A DNA stretch of 63,513 nucleotides, filler included. It is 4 parts of 4 records of this genome, joined end to end, with 100 filler letters (N's around TTAATTAATTAA, not from the genome) between each part and the next. Parts side by side here need not be neighbours in the genome. Positions count along the whole stretch, not along the records: positions 1 to 14,685 come from DRR378314_879; 3 more parts are not named here. One strand, written 5' to 3'. The notes beneath the pieces were generated by a model. That model worked only from the letters and a program-made list of their open reading frames with translations. It was not told the DNA's origin and did no database searches. Positions 1 to 9,943 of this stretch are shown piece after piece; within the stretch, counting starts at the first letter, position 1; each line of letters starts with the position of its first letter. Both the position numbers and the translations under genes were made by a program.

Positions 1-733
<733 letters not shown>

Positions 734-900
734 GAATTGTTGTTTCCGGGAAGCGCTATGCGAAACCTGTCTTGTCGACCCCTTTGGTCGCACAGGCCCT
801 GCAAGGATGCCTTGGCAAAGGGAAACCCGGAAACATCCTAGAACACCGCCGGTGCCTGCGGCCTTCCTTATGAAGGTTGCCTAGATAGGCACTCACCTTA

Positions 901-928
901 GCCCCGCCCTTGTGGCGGGGCCTTTTTT
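901..928 (+). terminator. Rho-independent terminator downstream of ccrM
   Basis: GCCCCGCC-cttgt-GGCGGGGC hairpin followed by CTTTTTT. Confidence 0.8.
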
Positions 929-1023
929 GTTTGCGGTCCAAGCAGGTTGAACTGCGTAAAAAAGCCACATCGACCCCGTGCAACAACCGCGTGATGGTTG
1001 GAAGGTCAGTGGAGCGTCAATCT

Positions 1024-1395
1024 ATGGATTTTAGAACAATAAGCCGTGCAACCGCCGCGATCTTTGGCACGCTTTGCCTCACTCTAATTATGTTCCCCGA
1101 ATTGATCTATTGGTTGTTTTCGCTGAAGCAAGCGGAGGTTGGCGATATTTTAGCCAAACGTGCTGGCGTGTTGTTTCTGGGGTTTTCGGTGCTTTGTTTT
1201 ATGGCGCGAGATGCCATGATACCTGACGTGCAACGGGTGGTGGTGGTGACCGTCATGACCGCAATGGGTGCGATGGCCGCGCTTGGGATCTATGAGTTTT
1301 GGCGGGGATCCGTCGGCCCGGGTATCTGGATTGCGATTCTGGTTGAGTTGTTGATATCGGGGCTATTCTATCGCGCATGGCGGCAGGGCGCATAG
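1024..1395 (+). CDS. Small 4-TM membrane protein of unknown function
   Basis: ATG at 1024 (MDFRTISRATAAIFG...); four hydrophobic segments; the upstream ORF extension overlaps the terminator and is unlikely. Confidence 0.7.
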   Translation: MDFRTISRATAAIFGTLCLTLIMFPELIYWLFSLKQAEVGDILAKRAGVLFLGFSVLCFMARDAMIPDVQRVVVVTVMTAMGAMAALGIYEFWRGSVGPGIWIAILVELLISGLFYRAWRQGA

Positions 1396-1402
1396 GCGCA
1401 CC

Positions 1403-1825
1403 TCAATTTACCAGATCTGACCGGTTCTTTTGCAGGACTGCCTGCACATAGCGCCCGTCAAATTCTGTTTTACTTAACACAAAGGCCACCCCGGCAGAGG
1501 ATGCTTTTTCCCACATAAAGGGCGAGGGCCAGTCACTGACGATGATCACCGGAATATCCGAAAAATTCGGATCACGGGCCAGTTCAAGAGCGAAATCCGC
1601 ACCCAACCCATCCGGCAGATTATTGTCCAGCAGGATCAGGGAGACCGGTCCCTTCTCCATCGCGCGGCGCGCTGATTTCAGGGTTGCCGCCGCTTCGATA
1701 TGAAAGGGCTGGCGCGATTTATTCATGATCCGTGTCAGTTTCTGGCGGTCGAATTCGCTGTCCTCTACAATCAGACAGGTCTGATGGGGCTGATACTTCG
1801 ATGATTGATGCGCGCCCGTTTGCAT
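1403..1825 (-). CDS. Single-domain response regulator (receiver)
   Basis: CLIVEDS, LILLDNNLPDGLG, IPVIIVS and conserved Lys; start codon uncertain (1825 vs 1852). Confidence 0.85.
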   Translation of the reverse strand: MQTGAHQSSKYQPHQTCLIVEDSEFDRQKLTRIMNKSRQPFHIEAAATLKSARRAMEKGPVSLILLDNNLPDGLGADFALELARDPNFSDIPVIIVSDWPSPFMWEKASSAGVAFVLSKTEFDGRYVQAVLQKNRSDLVN

Positions 1826-1887
1826 GAATTGACACCTTTCTTTTGTCGCCAAAGAGGTGCCATGGAAGCGTTAAGATACCATGAGCG

Positions 1888-3039
1888 TCAGCGCGGCATC
1901 GGCGTTTGCCGCTTGTTGTACGCGCTCCAGTCAGTGATCTCGGGATAATAGGTTCGGCGCCACTGGCGCACCCGCGGGTTCATGATGCGCCGCCATAGCG
2001 GCGGGAACATCGCGGCCATTGTCATCACCGGATAGCCAAAGGGCAGTTGCGGTGCCTCATCCGCACCGTAATTCTGCAACACGGGAAACCGGCGGTCGGG
2101 TTTATAGTGATGATCAGAATGGCGTTGCAGGTTGATCAACAGCCAGTTTGACGCCTTATGCGCCGCGTTCCACGAATGATGCGGTTTGACGTGTTCATAT
2201 TTGCCATCCCCAAGATGTTCGCGGGTCAGTCCGTAATGTTCGATGTAATTGACCAGCTCCAGCTGCCAGATCGCGACCCCAGCCTGCACCAGAAACAGCA
2301 GCAGGCCAAGCCAGCCACCAAGGATCAATGCAAGGGCGAGGAAGGCAATTTGCATACCCCAATATTTCCAGAACGGGTTGCTGCGGTTATGCCAAGGCAG
2401 GCGTTTGCGGGCCAGCATATCAGCCTCGGCCTTGAAGGCAGAGTGAAAGCTCTGGCGCAAAACGCGTGGATAAAACCGGTGAAACCCTTCGTTATACCGC
2501 GCCGTCACCGGATCGCGGGGCGTGCCGACATAGCGGTGATGCACCAGCAGGTGTTCGGAACGAAAATGCGAATACAGCACCATCGCCAGCAATACATCTG
2601 CCAGAAACCGCTCTAGCCGGTTCTTCTGGTGCATTAACTCATGGCTGTAGTTGATGCCGATGGTGCCGGTGATCACGCCAATGCCAAAGAACAGGGCAAT
2701 GCGTTCAAACTGGCTCAGATGTTCCGCCTGCGGCACATACCAGATCAGGCCGAAGAGTGTCAGGAATTGCGCCGGGACCCAAATCAGGGTGACCAAACGA
2801 TACCAGAACAGATCCTCTTCGCTTGCCTCCAGATCGGCATTATCAAGATTCAGCCCCAGCACCGCATCCAACAGTGAAAACAGGCACCAGGTGACCAGTG
2901 GCAATAGTGCGATGCTCCAGCCGCCATGCGCCGCGCAGATCCATGTTAGCGGAATAAGACCCAGCGACAGCCAGAACGGCAGGGCGCGGGACAGGCGGCG
3001 CAGATCGCGCGGAGGAATCGGGGCGGGTTGTTGTGACAT
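1888..3039 (-). CDS. alkB: Alkane 1-monooxygenase (membrane di-iron hydroxylase)
   Basis: His boxes HELMH, EHLLVHH, NYIEHYG and LQRHSDHH diagnostic for AlkB. Confidence 0.93.
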   Translation of the reverse strand: MSQQPAPIPPRDLRRLSRALPFWLSLGLIPLTWICAAHGGWSIALLPLVTWCLFSLLDAVLGLNLDNADLEASEEDLFWYRLVTLIWVPAQFLTLFGLIWYVPQAEHLSQFERIALFFGIGVITGTIGINYSHELMHQKNRLERFLADVLLAMVLYSHFRSEHLLVHHRYVGTPRDPVTARYNEGFHRFYPRVLRQSFHSAFKAEADMLARKRLPWHNRSNPFWKYWGMQIAFLALALILGGWLGLLLFLVQAGVAIWQLELVNYIEHYGLTREHLGDGKYEHVKPHHSWNAAHKASNWLLINLQRHSDHHYKPDRRFPVLQNYGADEAPQLPFGYPVMTMAAMFPPLWRRIMNPRVRQWRRTYYPEITDWSAYNKRQTPMPR

Positions 3040-3112
3040 GGCTGGACCTTTGACGGTGTGTCTTGGCTATCTTTATCGCAGATCGCCAAACGGGCAAAGC
3101 GGTGACACAGCC

Positions 3113-4171
3113 CTAGGTCTGCGACAAATCGTATGCCTTGCGCATCACTGTGGGCAGGTCCGAGGGGCGGAACTGCGCGCGCGTGACGAAGCTGCCCGCG
3201 GTGTCATTAGGGACTTTTGCCAGCTTAACGGTCAGGATCAGGTGGAAATGCGTGAATGTATGGCGCACCTCGCCTGCAAGGGTTTGCCAATTGGCCTTCA
3301 GCGGTGGTGTGCCCTCGGGCAAGGGTTCGCTGATATCCAGCCAGTCCGAACCGGGCCAGCCCAACATCCCGCCAAGCAGTCCTTTCTCTGGCCGAGTCTC
3401 TAACATCCACGCACCATCATCCCGTTGGACTAGGTATACTGTTCCGTGGCGCACGGGTTTGGGTTTCTTCGGTGTCTTTTTGGGCAGCAGGTTCTGTGTT
3501 CCTGCGTCGCGTGCAGCACAGGGATCGCGCCACGGGCAAATCCCGCAAGCGGGTGATTTCGGCGAACAGATGGTTGCGCCCAGATCCATCACCGCCTGAG
3601 CATAGTCGCCGGGGCGCTGTGCAGGGGTCAACGCCTGCGCCTGCGCCATCAGCAAAGGTTTTGCCGCAGGCAGGGGGGTGTGAATATCATAAAGCCGCGC
3701 CATCACCCGCTCGACATTGCCGTCCAGCACCGTGTGGGGCAGATCAAATGCAATCGAGGAAACGGCGGCAGCGGTATAGGGCCCGATGCCGGGCAATTTC
3801 AGCAATGCGTCATGATCCGCCGGAAACACGCCACCATGTTCATCCACAACTGCGCGGGCGCATTTCAGCAGATTGCGGGCACGCGCATAATATCCCAATC
3901 CAGCCCATTCGCCCATCACATCGGCATCCTGTGCCGCTGCCAGATCACGCACCGTCGGCCAGCGGGTCACAAACCGCTGGAAATAGTCACGCACGGTTGC
4001 AACGGTGGTTTGCTGCAACATGATTTCGCTCATCCAGATGCGATAGGGATCGGGCAAAACCCCGGCCTTGCGTTGGGCAGGCCCCACACGCCAGGGCATT
4101 TCGCGGGCATGCACATCGTACCAATCCAGCAAAAGACCGGGCAGGGTGTTTATGTCGGGCGTATCACGCAA
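3113..4171 (-). CDS. mutY: A/G-specific adenine glycosylase
   Basis: SEIMLQQT, WAGLGYYARARNL, HhH LPGIGPYTA, Fe-S C-x6-C-x2-C-x5-C, NUDIX-like tail HTFTHF. Confidence 0.96.
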   Translation of the reverse strand: MRDTPDINTLPGLLLDWYDVHAREMPWRVGPAQRKAGVLPDPYRIWMSEIMLQQTTVATVRDYFQRFVTRWPTVRDLAAAQDADVMGEWAGLGYYARARNLLKCARAVVDEHGGVFPADHDALLKLPGIGPYTAAAVSSIAFDLPHTVLDGNVERVMARLYDIHTPLPAAKPLLMAQAQALTPAQRPGDYAQAVMDLGATICSPKSPACGICPWRDPCAARDAGTQNLLPKKTPKKPKPVRHGTVYLVQRDDGAWMLETRPEKGLLGGMLGWPGSDWLDISEPLPEGTPPLKANWQTLAGEVRHTFTHFHLILTVKLAKVPNDTAGSFVTRAQFRPSDLPTVMRKAYDLSQT

Positions 4172-4256
4172 TGTTTATGACTTCCGATGCTTGCTTTGGT
4201 TGGTGCTGGAGCGCTGGCAGACTATTGTATAGATAGAGCCCAGAGGGAACATAGCC

Positions 4257-4763
4257 ATGCCGCCAAGGCGCACCAGTACAAAAGGGTTCAAACGCACCGA
4301 CAGCCTGCTGTCGGGGCAGATTCGGCGCGCGTCGGAAACGCGCGGTTTTGCCCAATCGCGGCTGTTGACCCAATGGGGCGAAATCGCCGGTCAGGACATT
4401 GCCGGCATCGCCCGGCCTGTTGAAATCAGCTATGGCCGGGGCGGTATGGGGGCGACCCTGACTTTGCTGACCAACGGGGCAAATGCGCCTATGCTGGAAA
4501 TGCAAAAGGAACAGCTGCGCGCCAAGGTGAACGCGGTCTACGGCTATAACGCGATTGCCCGTGTGCGGATCACGCAAACAGCTTCTACCGGGTTTGCCGA
4601 TGGCAAGGTCGCCTTTAGCCCCAAGAAGCCGGCTGCAAAACCTGCTCCCGATCCGGCCCTGCGACAAATGGCGGCAGCGGCAGCACAGCCCGTTTCAGAT
4701 CAAGGTCTGCGCGATGCACTTGCACGTCTGGGCGAGAACATATTGAACAAAACAAAACGCTGA
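4257..4763 (+). CDS. DUF721/DciA family protein
   Basis: LLTQWGEIAG..IA..ARP and NAVYGYNAIARVRITQ motifs; conserved mutY-DUF721-DsbA synteny. Confidence 0.82.
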   Translation: MPPRRTSTKGFKRTDSLLSGQIRRASETRGFAQSRLLTQWGEIAGQDIAGIARPVEISYGRGGMGATLTLLTNGANAPMLEMQKEQLRAKVNAVYGYNAIARVRITQTASTGFADGKVAFSPKKPAAKPAPDPALRQMAAAAAQPVSDQGLRDALARLGENILNKTKR

Positions 4764-4782
4764 ACAGCAGCAAAGGAACGAC

Positions 4783-5469
4783 ATGATGCAACGCAGAAAT
4801 ATGATACTTGGTGGCTTTGCCGTGCTTGGCCTTGGCGGCTGGGCGCTGTCCAACAACATGGGCGGCGGCAGCGGCTCAACAGAGCTGTCAAATCTGGCAG
4901 GTGCCGCAAATGCGCAGACAACTTCGGGCGATTTCGATACGTCCAGCATCACCGAGATGGTCCTTGGCAACCCCGATGCGGCAGTGACTGTTGTTGAATA
5001 TGCCTCCTTCACCTGCCCGCATTGCGCGGCCTTCCATAGCGGCGCATTCAAACAGCTTAAGGCTGATTTCATCGACACTGGTAAGATCAAATTTGTCTAC
5101 CGCGAAGTCTATTTTGACCGTCCGGGTCTGTGGGCGTCGATGATTGCGCGTTGCGGCGGTCAGGAGAGGTTTTTTGGAATCGTTGATTTGATCTACAAAG
5201 GTCAATCCAACTGGGCCCGCGCGGGCGAGCCTGCCGCGATTGTTGACGAGCTGCGCAAGATTGCGCGGCTGGCGGGGATGGACAACGATACTATTGAGGC
5301 CTGCCTGCAAGATGCGGAGAAAGCCCAGACATTGGTGGCCTGGTTCGAGGAAAACAAGAACCGTGATGATGTCACCTCGACACCCAGCTTTCTGATCAAC
5401 GGGAATAAACATTCCAACATGGCGTACGGCGAAATGAAGGAACTGATCGACGCAGAGTTGGGCAGCTGA
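4783..5469 (+). CDS. DsbA family thiol-disulfide oxidoreductase
   Basis: EYASFTCPHC active site, cis-Pro STPSF, twin-Arg-like N-terminus. Confidence 0.9.
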   Translation: MMQRRNMILGGFAVLGLGGWALSNNMGGGSGSTELSNLAGAANAQTTSGDFDTSSITEMVLGNPDAAVTVVEYASFTCPHCAAFHSGAFKQLKADFIDTGKIKFVYREVYFDRPGLWASMIARCGGQERFFGIVDLIYKGQSNWARAGEPAAIVDELRKIARLAGMDNDTIEACLQDAEKAQTLVAWFEENKNRDDVTSTPSFLINGNKHSNMAYGEMKELIDAELGS

Positions 5470-6593
5470 TGGGCAATGGGAACGCGGGCCCTCTTGCCGG
5501 TCTGAAGGTCGTTGAGATGGCGCGTGTTCTGGCTGGCCCCTGGGCCGGCCAAACCCTGTCCGATCTGGGCTGCGAAGTGATCAAGGTCGAAAGCCCCGCA
5601 GGTGATGATACGCGCCAATGGGGGCCTCCCTTTGTGACACGGGATGAGGATGTTTCGGCGTCTTATTTCCATTCGACAAACCGCGGCAAGGCCAGCGTGA
5701 CCATCGATTTTCGCACCGACGCAGGTCAGGCGCAGTTGAAAGAGCTGCTGCGCGACGCGGATATCGTGATTGAGAATTTCAAAACCGGCGGACTTGCGAA
5801 ATACGGGTTGGACTATGAAAGCCTGCGCGAGGAGTTTCCCCAGCTGATCTATTGCTCCATCACTGGATTTGGCCACACCGGCCCTTATGCCCACCGTGCG
5901 GGATACGATTTCATCATTCAGGGCATGTCCGGTCTGATGTCGATCACCGGCGAACCAGACCGCCAGCCGCAGAAATCCGGCATGGCGATCACCGATGTGT
6001 TTACCGGCATATACGCCACCACTGCCATTCTGGCTGCTGTGCATCAGCGCAGCCAGACCGGGCGTGGCCAACATATCGATATGGCGCTGCTGGATTGCGC
6101 GGTAGCAATAATGGGCAATCAGGCGATGAACTATATGACCACGGGGATTGCGCCGACCCGTATGGGCAATGCGCACCCCAACCTGACACCCTATGAGGTA
6201 TTTGAAACTTCAGACGGGCACATCATCATCGCCACCGGCAATGATGGGCAGTTTCAGCGCCTGTGCCGTTTGCTCGGGCTGGACGATATGGCGACCGCGC
6301 CGGAATATGCCAAAAACGCCGACCGCGTGGCGAACCGCCCGGAAATGAACCGCCGGATCGAGGGGGCCACGTCACAACGCACCCGCGATGATTTGCTGGC
6401 CGCCTGCGAGGCGCATAATGTGCCAGCCGGTCCGATCAATAATCTGGATGATGTGATGGTTGATCCGCAAGTGGTTGCCCGTGGCATGCAGATCGAATTG
6501 GATGGTGTGCCGGGGTTACGCTCACCCTTCCGGTTCTCTGATGCTGAACTGGCGTTGCACCGCCCGGCCCCGAAACTGGGCGAAGACAACTGA
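5469..6593 (+). CDS. CaiB/BaiF family (class III) CoA transferase
   Basis: LAGPW, IKVESPAGDDTR, NRGKAS, ENFK, GYDFIIQGMSGLM. Confidence 0.93.
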   Translation: MGNGNAGPLAGLKVVEMARVLAGPWAGQTLSDLGCEVIKVESPAGDDTRQWGPPFVTRDEDVSASYFHSTNRGKASVTIDFRTDAGQAQLKELLRDADIVIENFKTGGLAKYGLDYESLREEFPQLIYCSITGFGHTGPYAHRAGYDFIIQGMSGLMSITGEPDRQPQKSGMAITDVFTGIYATTAILAAVHQRSQTGRGQHIDMALLDCAVAIMGNQAMNYMTTGIAPTRMGNAHPNLTPYEVFETSDGHIIIATGNDGQFQRLCRLLGLDDMATAPEYAKNADRVANRPEMNRRIEGATSQRTRDDLLAACEAHNVPAGPINNLDDVMVDPQVVARGMQIELDGVPGLRSPFRFSDAELALHRPAPKLGEDN

Positions 6594-6602
6594 GGCAAAC
6601 GA

Positions 6603-6624
6603 CCGGAGACTTTAAAAGTTTCCG
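6603..6624. terminator. Hairpin between convergent genes, possible bidirectional terminator
   Basis: CGGAGACTTT / AAAGTTTCCG inverted repeat between the CoA transferase and lpxK stops. Confidence 0.4.
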
Positions 6625-6626
6625 CG

Positions 6627-7622
6627 TTATGCCGGTTTGGGCAGCGCGTCCAACGCCTTGAACAGCGGGTTATCCTCTGCCAGCGCCAGCCGCACCGGCA
6701 GGGTGATCACCTTGCTGCGGAAACTGGCAGGCAGGCGCACGGCATCCTTCTCTGTGGTCACAAGCTGCGCGCCACGTGCCGCCGCATCCGCTTCCAACCG
6801 TGCCATCAAGGCCGAGGTGAGCGGCTGGTGATCATCCAGCGCCTCTGCATGGACAATCTGTGCCCCTAGATCGCGTAGGGTGGCAAAGAACTTCTCTGGG
6901 TGACCGATACCGGCAAAAGCCAGAACGCGGCTGTCTGACCAATCCATACCGGTTTGCAATGGGGCGAGTTTGGCCCGTGCATGTGGCAGGTCGCTGGGCA
7001 GGGATGTGCGGCTGGTAAAACTGTCCTGTGCGCTATCCTCACCAATGGACAGCAGCAGATCAGCGCGGGCCAGCCCGATTGCCGCCGGTTCGCGCAGCGG
7101 CCCTGCTGGCAGGCACAAGCCGTTGCCAAATCCGCGCGCTGCATCCACAACAACCACGGATAGATCATAGGCCAATGCGGGGTTCTGAAACCCGTCATCC
7201 AAGACGACCACGCTGGCCCCGGCCGCCTGTGCCGCCCTGGCCCCGGCTGCGCGGTCTTTCGCCACCCAGACTTCTGCAAAGGCGGCCAGCAGCAGCGGCT
7301 CGTCCCCTACATCGGCTGCCTTGTGGCGCGCGGGGTCAACCTGCACCGGTCCTTCCAAAGTGCCGCCATACCCGCGCGAAACGATATGTGGTTCGTGAAA
7401 CAGCCCGCGTAAATGCTCAACGACGGCCATCACTGTAGGGGTTTTGCCAGTACCACCTGCATTGATGTTCCCGATGCAGACCACCGGAATATCCAGCTGA
7501 TGGTGTGGCCCCTGTTTCAGACGTCGGGCTGTGGCGGCGGCATAGATCGCGCCAAGGGGGCGTAACGCGGTTGCACGCCAATCCGGGTCGGACAGGTGCC
7601 AGAAGGCGGGAGGGCGGATCAT
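6627..7622 (-). CDS. lpxK: Tetraacyldisaccharide 4'-kinase
   Basis: [13 protein letters not shown]-loop, [35 protein letters not shown]. Confidence 0.96.
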   Translation of the reverse strand: MIRPPAFWHLSDPDWRATALRPLGAIYAAATARRLKQGPHHQLDIPVVCIGNINAGGTGKTPTVMAVVEHLRGLFHEPHIVSRGYGGTLEGPVQVDPARHKAADVGDEPLLLAAFAEVWVAKDRAAGARAAQAAGASVVVLDDGFQNPALAYDLSVVVVDAARGFGNGLCLPAGPLREPAAIGLARADLLLSIGEDSAQDSFTSRTSLPSDLPHARAKLAPLQTGMDWSDSRVLAFAGIGHPEKFFATLRDLGAQIVHAEALDDHQPLTSALMARLEADAAARGAQLVTTEKDAVRLPASFRSKVITLPVRLALAEDNPLFKALDALPKPA

Positions 7623-8860
7623 GTGCGGCTCAACTCCCTGTCCAGCGCATCCTGTATCAGGTCGATAATGCGGTCGGTCAACTCGGCCCCCTGGCTGATC
7701 ACATCCCAGCCTGCATGGGCCATGGTTGCGGCCTGATCGGGGGCAATAAGGCGCGACACGGCGGTGCCCAATGCATCCACATCATTGACGATCCGCGCAG
7801 CACCGGCAGCGGCAAGACGGGAATAGGAGGGCATGAATTGGCGCAACCGTGGACCATAAAGGATGGCAGAGCCCAAGGCGGCGGCCTCCAACGGATCACA
7901 CCCGCCGCTGCGGCCCTGTATCAGCGTGCCGCCCAGAAAGGAGACAGAGGCCAGACGGAAAAACAGCCCTCGTTCAGCGGCATCACTGGAGATCAGCAAT
8001 TGTGTGGTGTCATCGGGAAACTGCCCGTCGTCCCATTGCGCGGTGGTAATGTTACGGCTTGCCGCTTGGCTTAACACCTCGTTTACTTTCTCGGGCACAT
8101 CCGGTTGCAGGATCAGCAACAACCGGTGCGACAGGCGCAGCGCCTGTTTATGGGCACCAAGGACCATACCGATTTCCCGTTCCGTCACACCCGCAGCAAA
8201 CCATGTGGGGCGCCCGCCCACGGCGGCGGAAAGATCATTCAGGTCACTGTCGACACAGGGCAACACCTGCCCCCCGGCCAGAAGGGGGCCTGTCTGGTTC
8301 AGGGGGGATGAAGGCAAGTCTAGACGGCTAAGTCGTTTGTAATCATTGGCGGATCTTGCAAACACCGCATCGAATTTCGACAGTAATCGGCGCGCCAAGG
8401 CGGGCAGCCAGCGGTCACGGCGTCCGTCAAAACCACGGGCATCCGCATCAATCAGGAACATGGGACAGCCCCGATCAGCCGCTTCTAGAACAAGATTGGG
8501 CCGCAGGTTTCCCCAGATCCAGATGCAGCTGTCCGGCTGCCAATGGTCGAGGAAGGCACTTACAACCTCGGGGTGTTCGCCGGGCACATTCATCTGAATC
8601 AAAGAGGTGTCGGCGCGGGCGGGCAGGGGGCGCTGTGCCCCTGCCTGCTCTGGCAGGGTGATCAGAACATGCAAACCTTCACGCGACGAAATCAACCGCA
8701 TTGCAAAATCCTGTACCGCCAGAAGATTGCCGGGTTCACCTGCATGTATCCAGACCAGCTCTCCTTTGGGGCGGGCACACAGCGGCGTGTCCTTGGGCAG
8801 CATTGTGGAATGCCGTGTCAACGCACGGTAGGCCGTCAACCCCAAAGACGACCGCGCCAT
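7619..8860 (-). CDS. Kdo transferase (WaaA/KdtA)-like glycosyltransferase with degenerate motifs
   Basis: Upstream of lpx[37 protein letters not shown]; several canonical residues replaced. Confidence 0.8.
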   Translation of the reverse strand: MARSSLGLTAYRALTRHSTMLPKDTPLCARPKGELVWIHAGEPGNLLAVQDFAMRLISSREGLHVLITLPEQAGAQRPLPARADTSLIQMNVPGEHPEVVSAFLDHWQPDSCIWIWGNLRPNLVLEAADRGCPMFLIDADARGFDGRRDRWLPALARRLLSKFDAVFARSANDYKRLSRLDLPSSPLNQTGPLLAGGQVLPCVDSDLNDLSAAVGGRPTWFAAGVTEREIGMVLGAHKQALRLSHRLLLILQPDVPEKVNEVLSQAASRNITTAQWDDGQFPDDTTQLLISSDAAERGLFFRLASVSFLGGTLIQGRSGGCDPLEAAALGSAILYGPRLRQFMPSYSRLAAAGAARIVNDVDALGTAVSRLIAPDQAATMAHAGWDVISQGAELTDRIIDLIQDALDRELSRT

Positions 8861-8866
8861 AGGAGT

Positions 8867-9109
8867 TTAGCCCAGTTCTTCGGTAGAGGATGCCGCAGCC
8901 TCTTCATCCCGCAGGCGGTGCAAATGCGCGATGAAATAGCGCATATGTGCATTGTCTACGGTGCGCTGCGCTTCGTTTTTCCAAGCATCAAAAGCGCTGG
9001 CGTAATTTGGGAAGATGCCGACGACATGAATGTCATCGACGTTCTTAAAGACGTTTTCGCTGGGGTTAACCAGTTCGCCACCAAAGACGAGGTGCAAGCG
9101 TTGGGTCAT
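8867..9109 (-). CDS. DUF4170 family small protein
   Basis: LHLVFGGEL...VGIFPNY...AQRTVDNAHMRYFIAHLHRL; typical position upstream of kdtA in alphaproteobacteria. Confidence 0.85.
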   Translation of the reverse strand: MTQRLHLVFGGELVNPSENVFKNVDDIHVVGIFPNYASAFDAWKNEAQRTVDNAHMRYFIAHLHRLRDEEAAASSTEELG

Positions 9110-9166
9110 ATCAGGATCCTTGTTAATGCGGGCAAGCGTTACAGCTGCGTACCCAGATGAGAGTTC

Positions 9167-9943
9167 TCACGCAAGTGCGTCGATCAAAGCGGCGCAGGCC
9201 GGTGTGCCCCCCGCCACCACACCGTTCAGGCGCGGGTCGGGGTTGTTAAACCGCAAGGATGCACCGGTTCGGTCAAGGGCGATGCCGCCCGCTTCGGCAA
9301 CGATCAGCGCGCCGGCGGCGATGTCCCATTCCCAGCTTTTGCGCAGGGTGAGCATCGCCTCGAACCGGCCTTCGCCGACAAGGGCAAGACGGTAGGCGAG
9401 TGAGGGGCGAAAGCTGCGTTTGAAGCCGGGGCAGATGTTGGTTTTCCAATGATCTCCTTGCATCGCGGGCTTTGCCACCAGCACCGAAGATGTCTCAAGC
9501 TGCGCCTTTTCGGATGCCACGATCGGTACCCCGTTACAGGTGGCCCCCCCGCCTTTGGCCGCTGCATAAAGCTTGTTCCTTAGCGGAAGGTAAACAACTG
9601 CCGCCGTGATCACCCCGTGTTCCGCCACTGCAATGGAATGCGCCCAGGTGTTGGAGCCTTCGACAAAGCTACGGGTGCCATCAATTGGGTCCACGATGAA
9701 CACGCGGTCTTGTGACAGGCGGTCGGCGTTGTCCTCGGTTTCTTCTGACAGCCAGCCATAGTTGGGCCGCGCCAGCCGCAGGGTCGATAAAAGCTGTGCG
9801 TTGACTGCCAGATCAGCTTCGGTCACCGGCCCCGCGTCATCGGCCTTGTCCCAACGCTGCGCCGTGGGTCCGGTGAAGCTGGTCGCAACCCGTCCCGCCA
9901 TGCGCGCGGCGTCGATCAGCAAGGGCAGGTCATGCGCCGGCAA
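9167..9943 (-). CDS. Inositol monophosphatase / CysQ family protein
   Basis: PVTEAD, WLSEE, VDPIDGTRSF, WDIAAG. Confidence 0.9.
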   Translation of the reverse strand: MPAHDLPLLIDAARMAGRVATSFTGPTAQRWDKADDAGPVTEADLAVNAQLLSTLRLARPNYGWLSEETEDNADRLSQDRVFIVDPIDGTRSFVEGSNTWAHSIAVAEHGVITAAVVYLPLRNKLYAAAKGGGATCNGVPIVASEKAQLETSSVLVAKPAMQGDHWKTNICPGFKRSFRPSLAYRLALVGEGRFEAMLTLRKSWEWDIAAGALIVAEAGGIALDRTGASLRFNNPDPRLNGVVAGGTPACAALIDALA

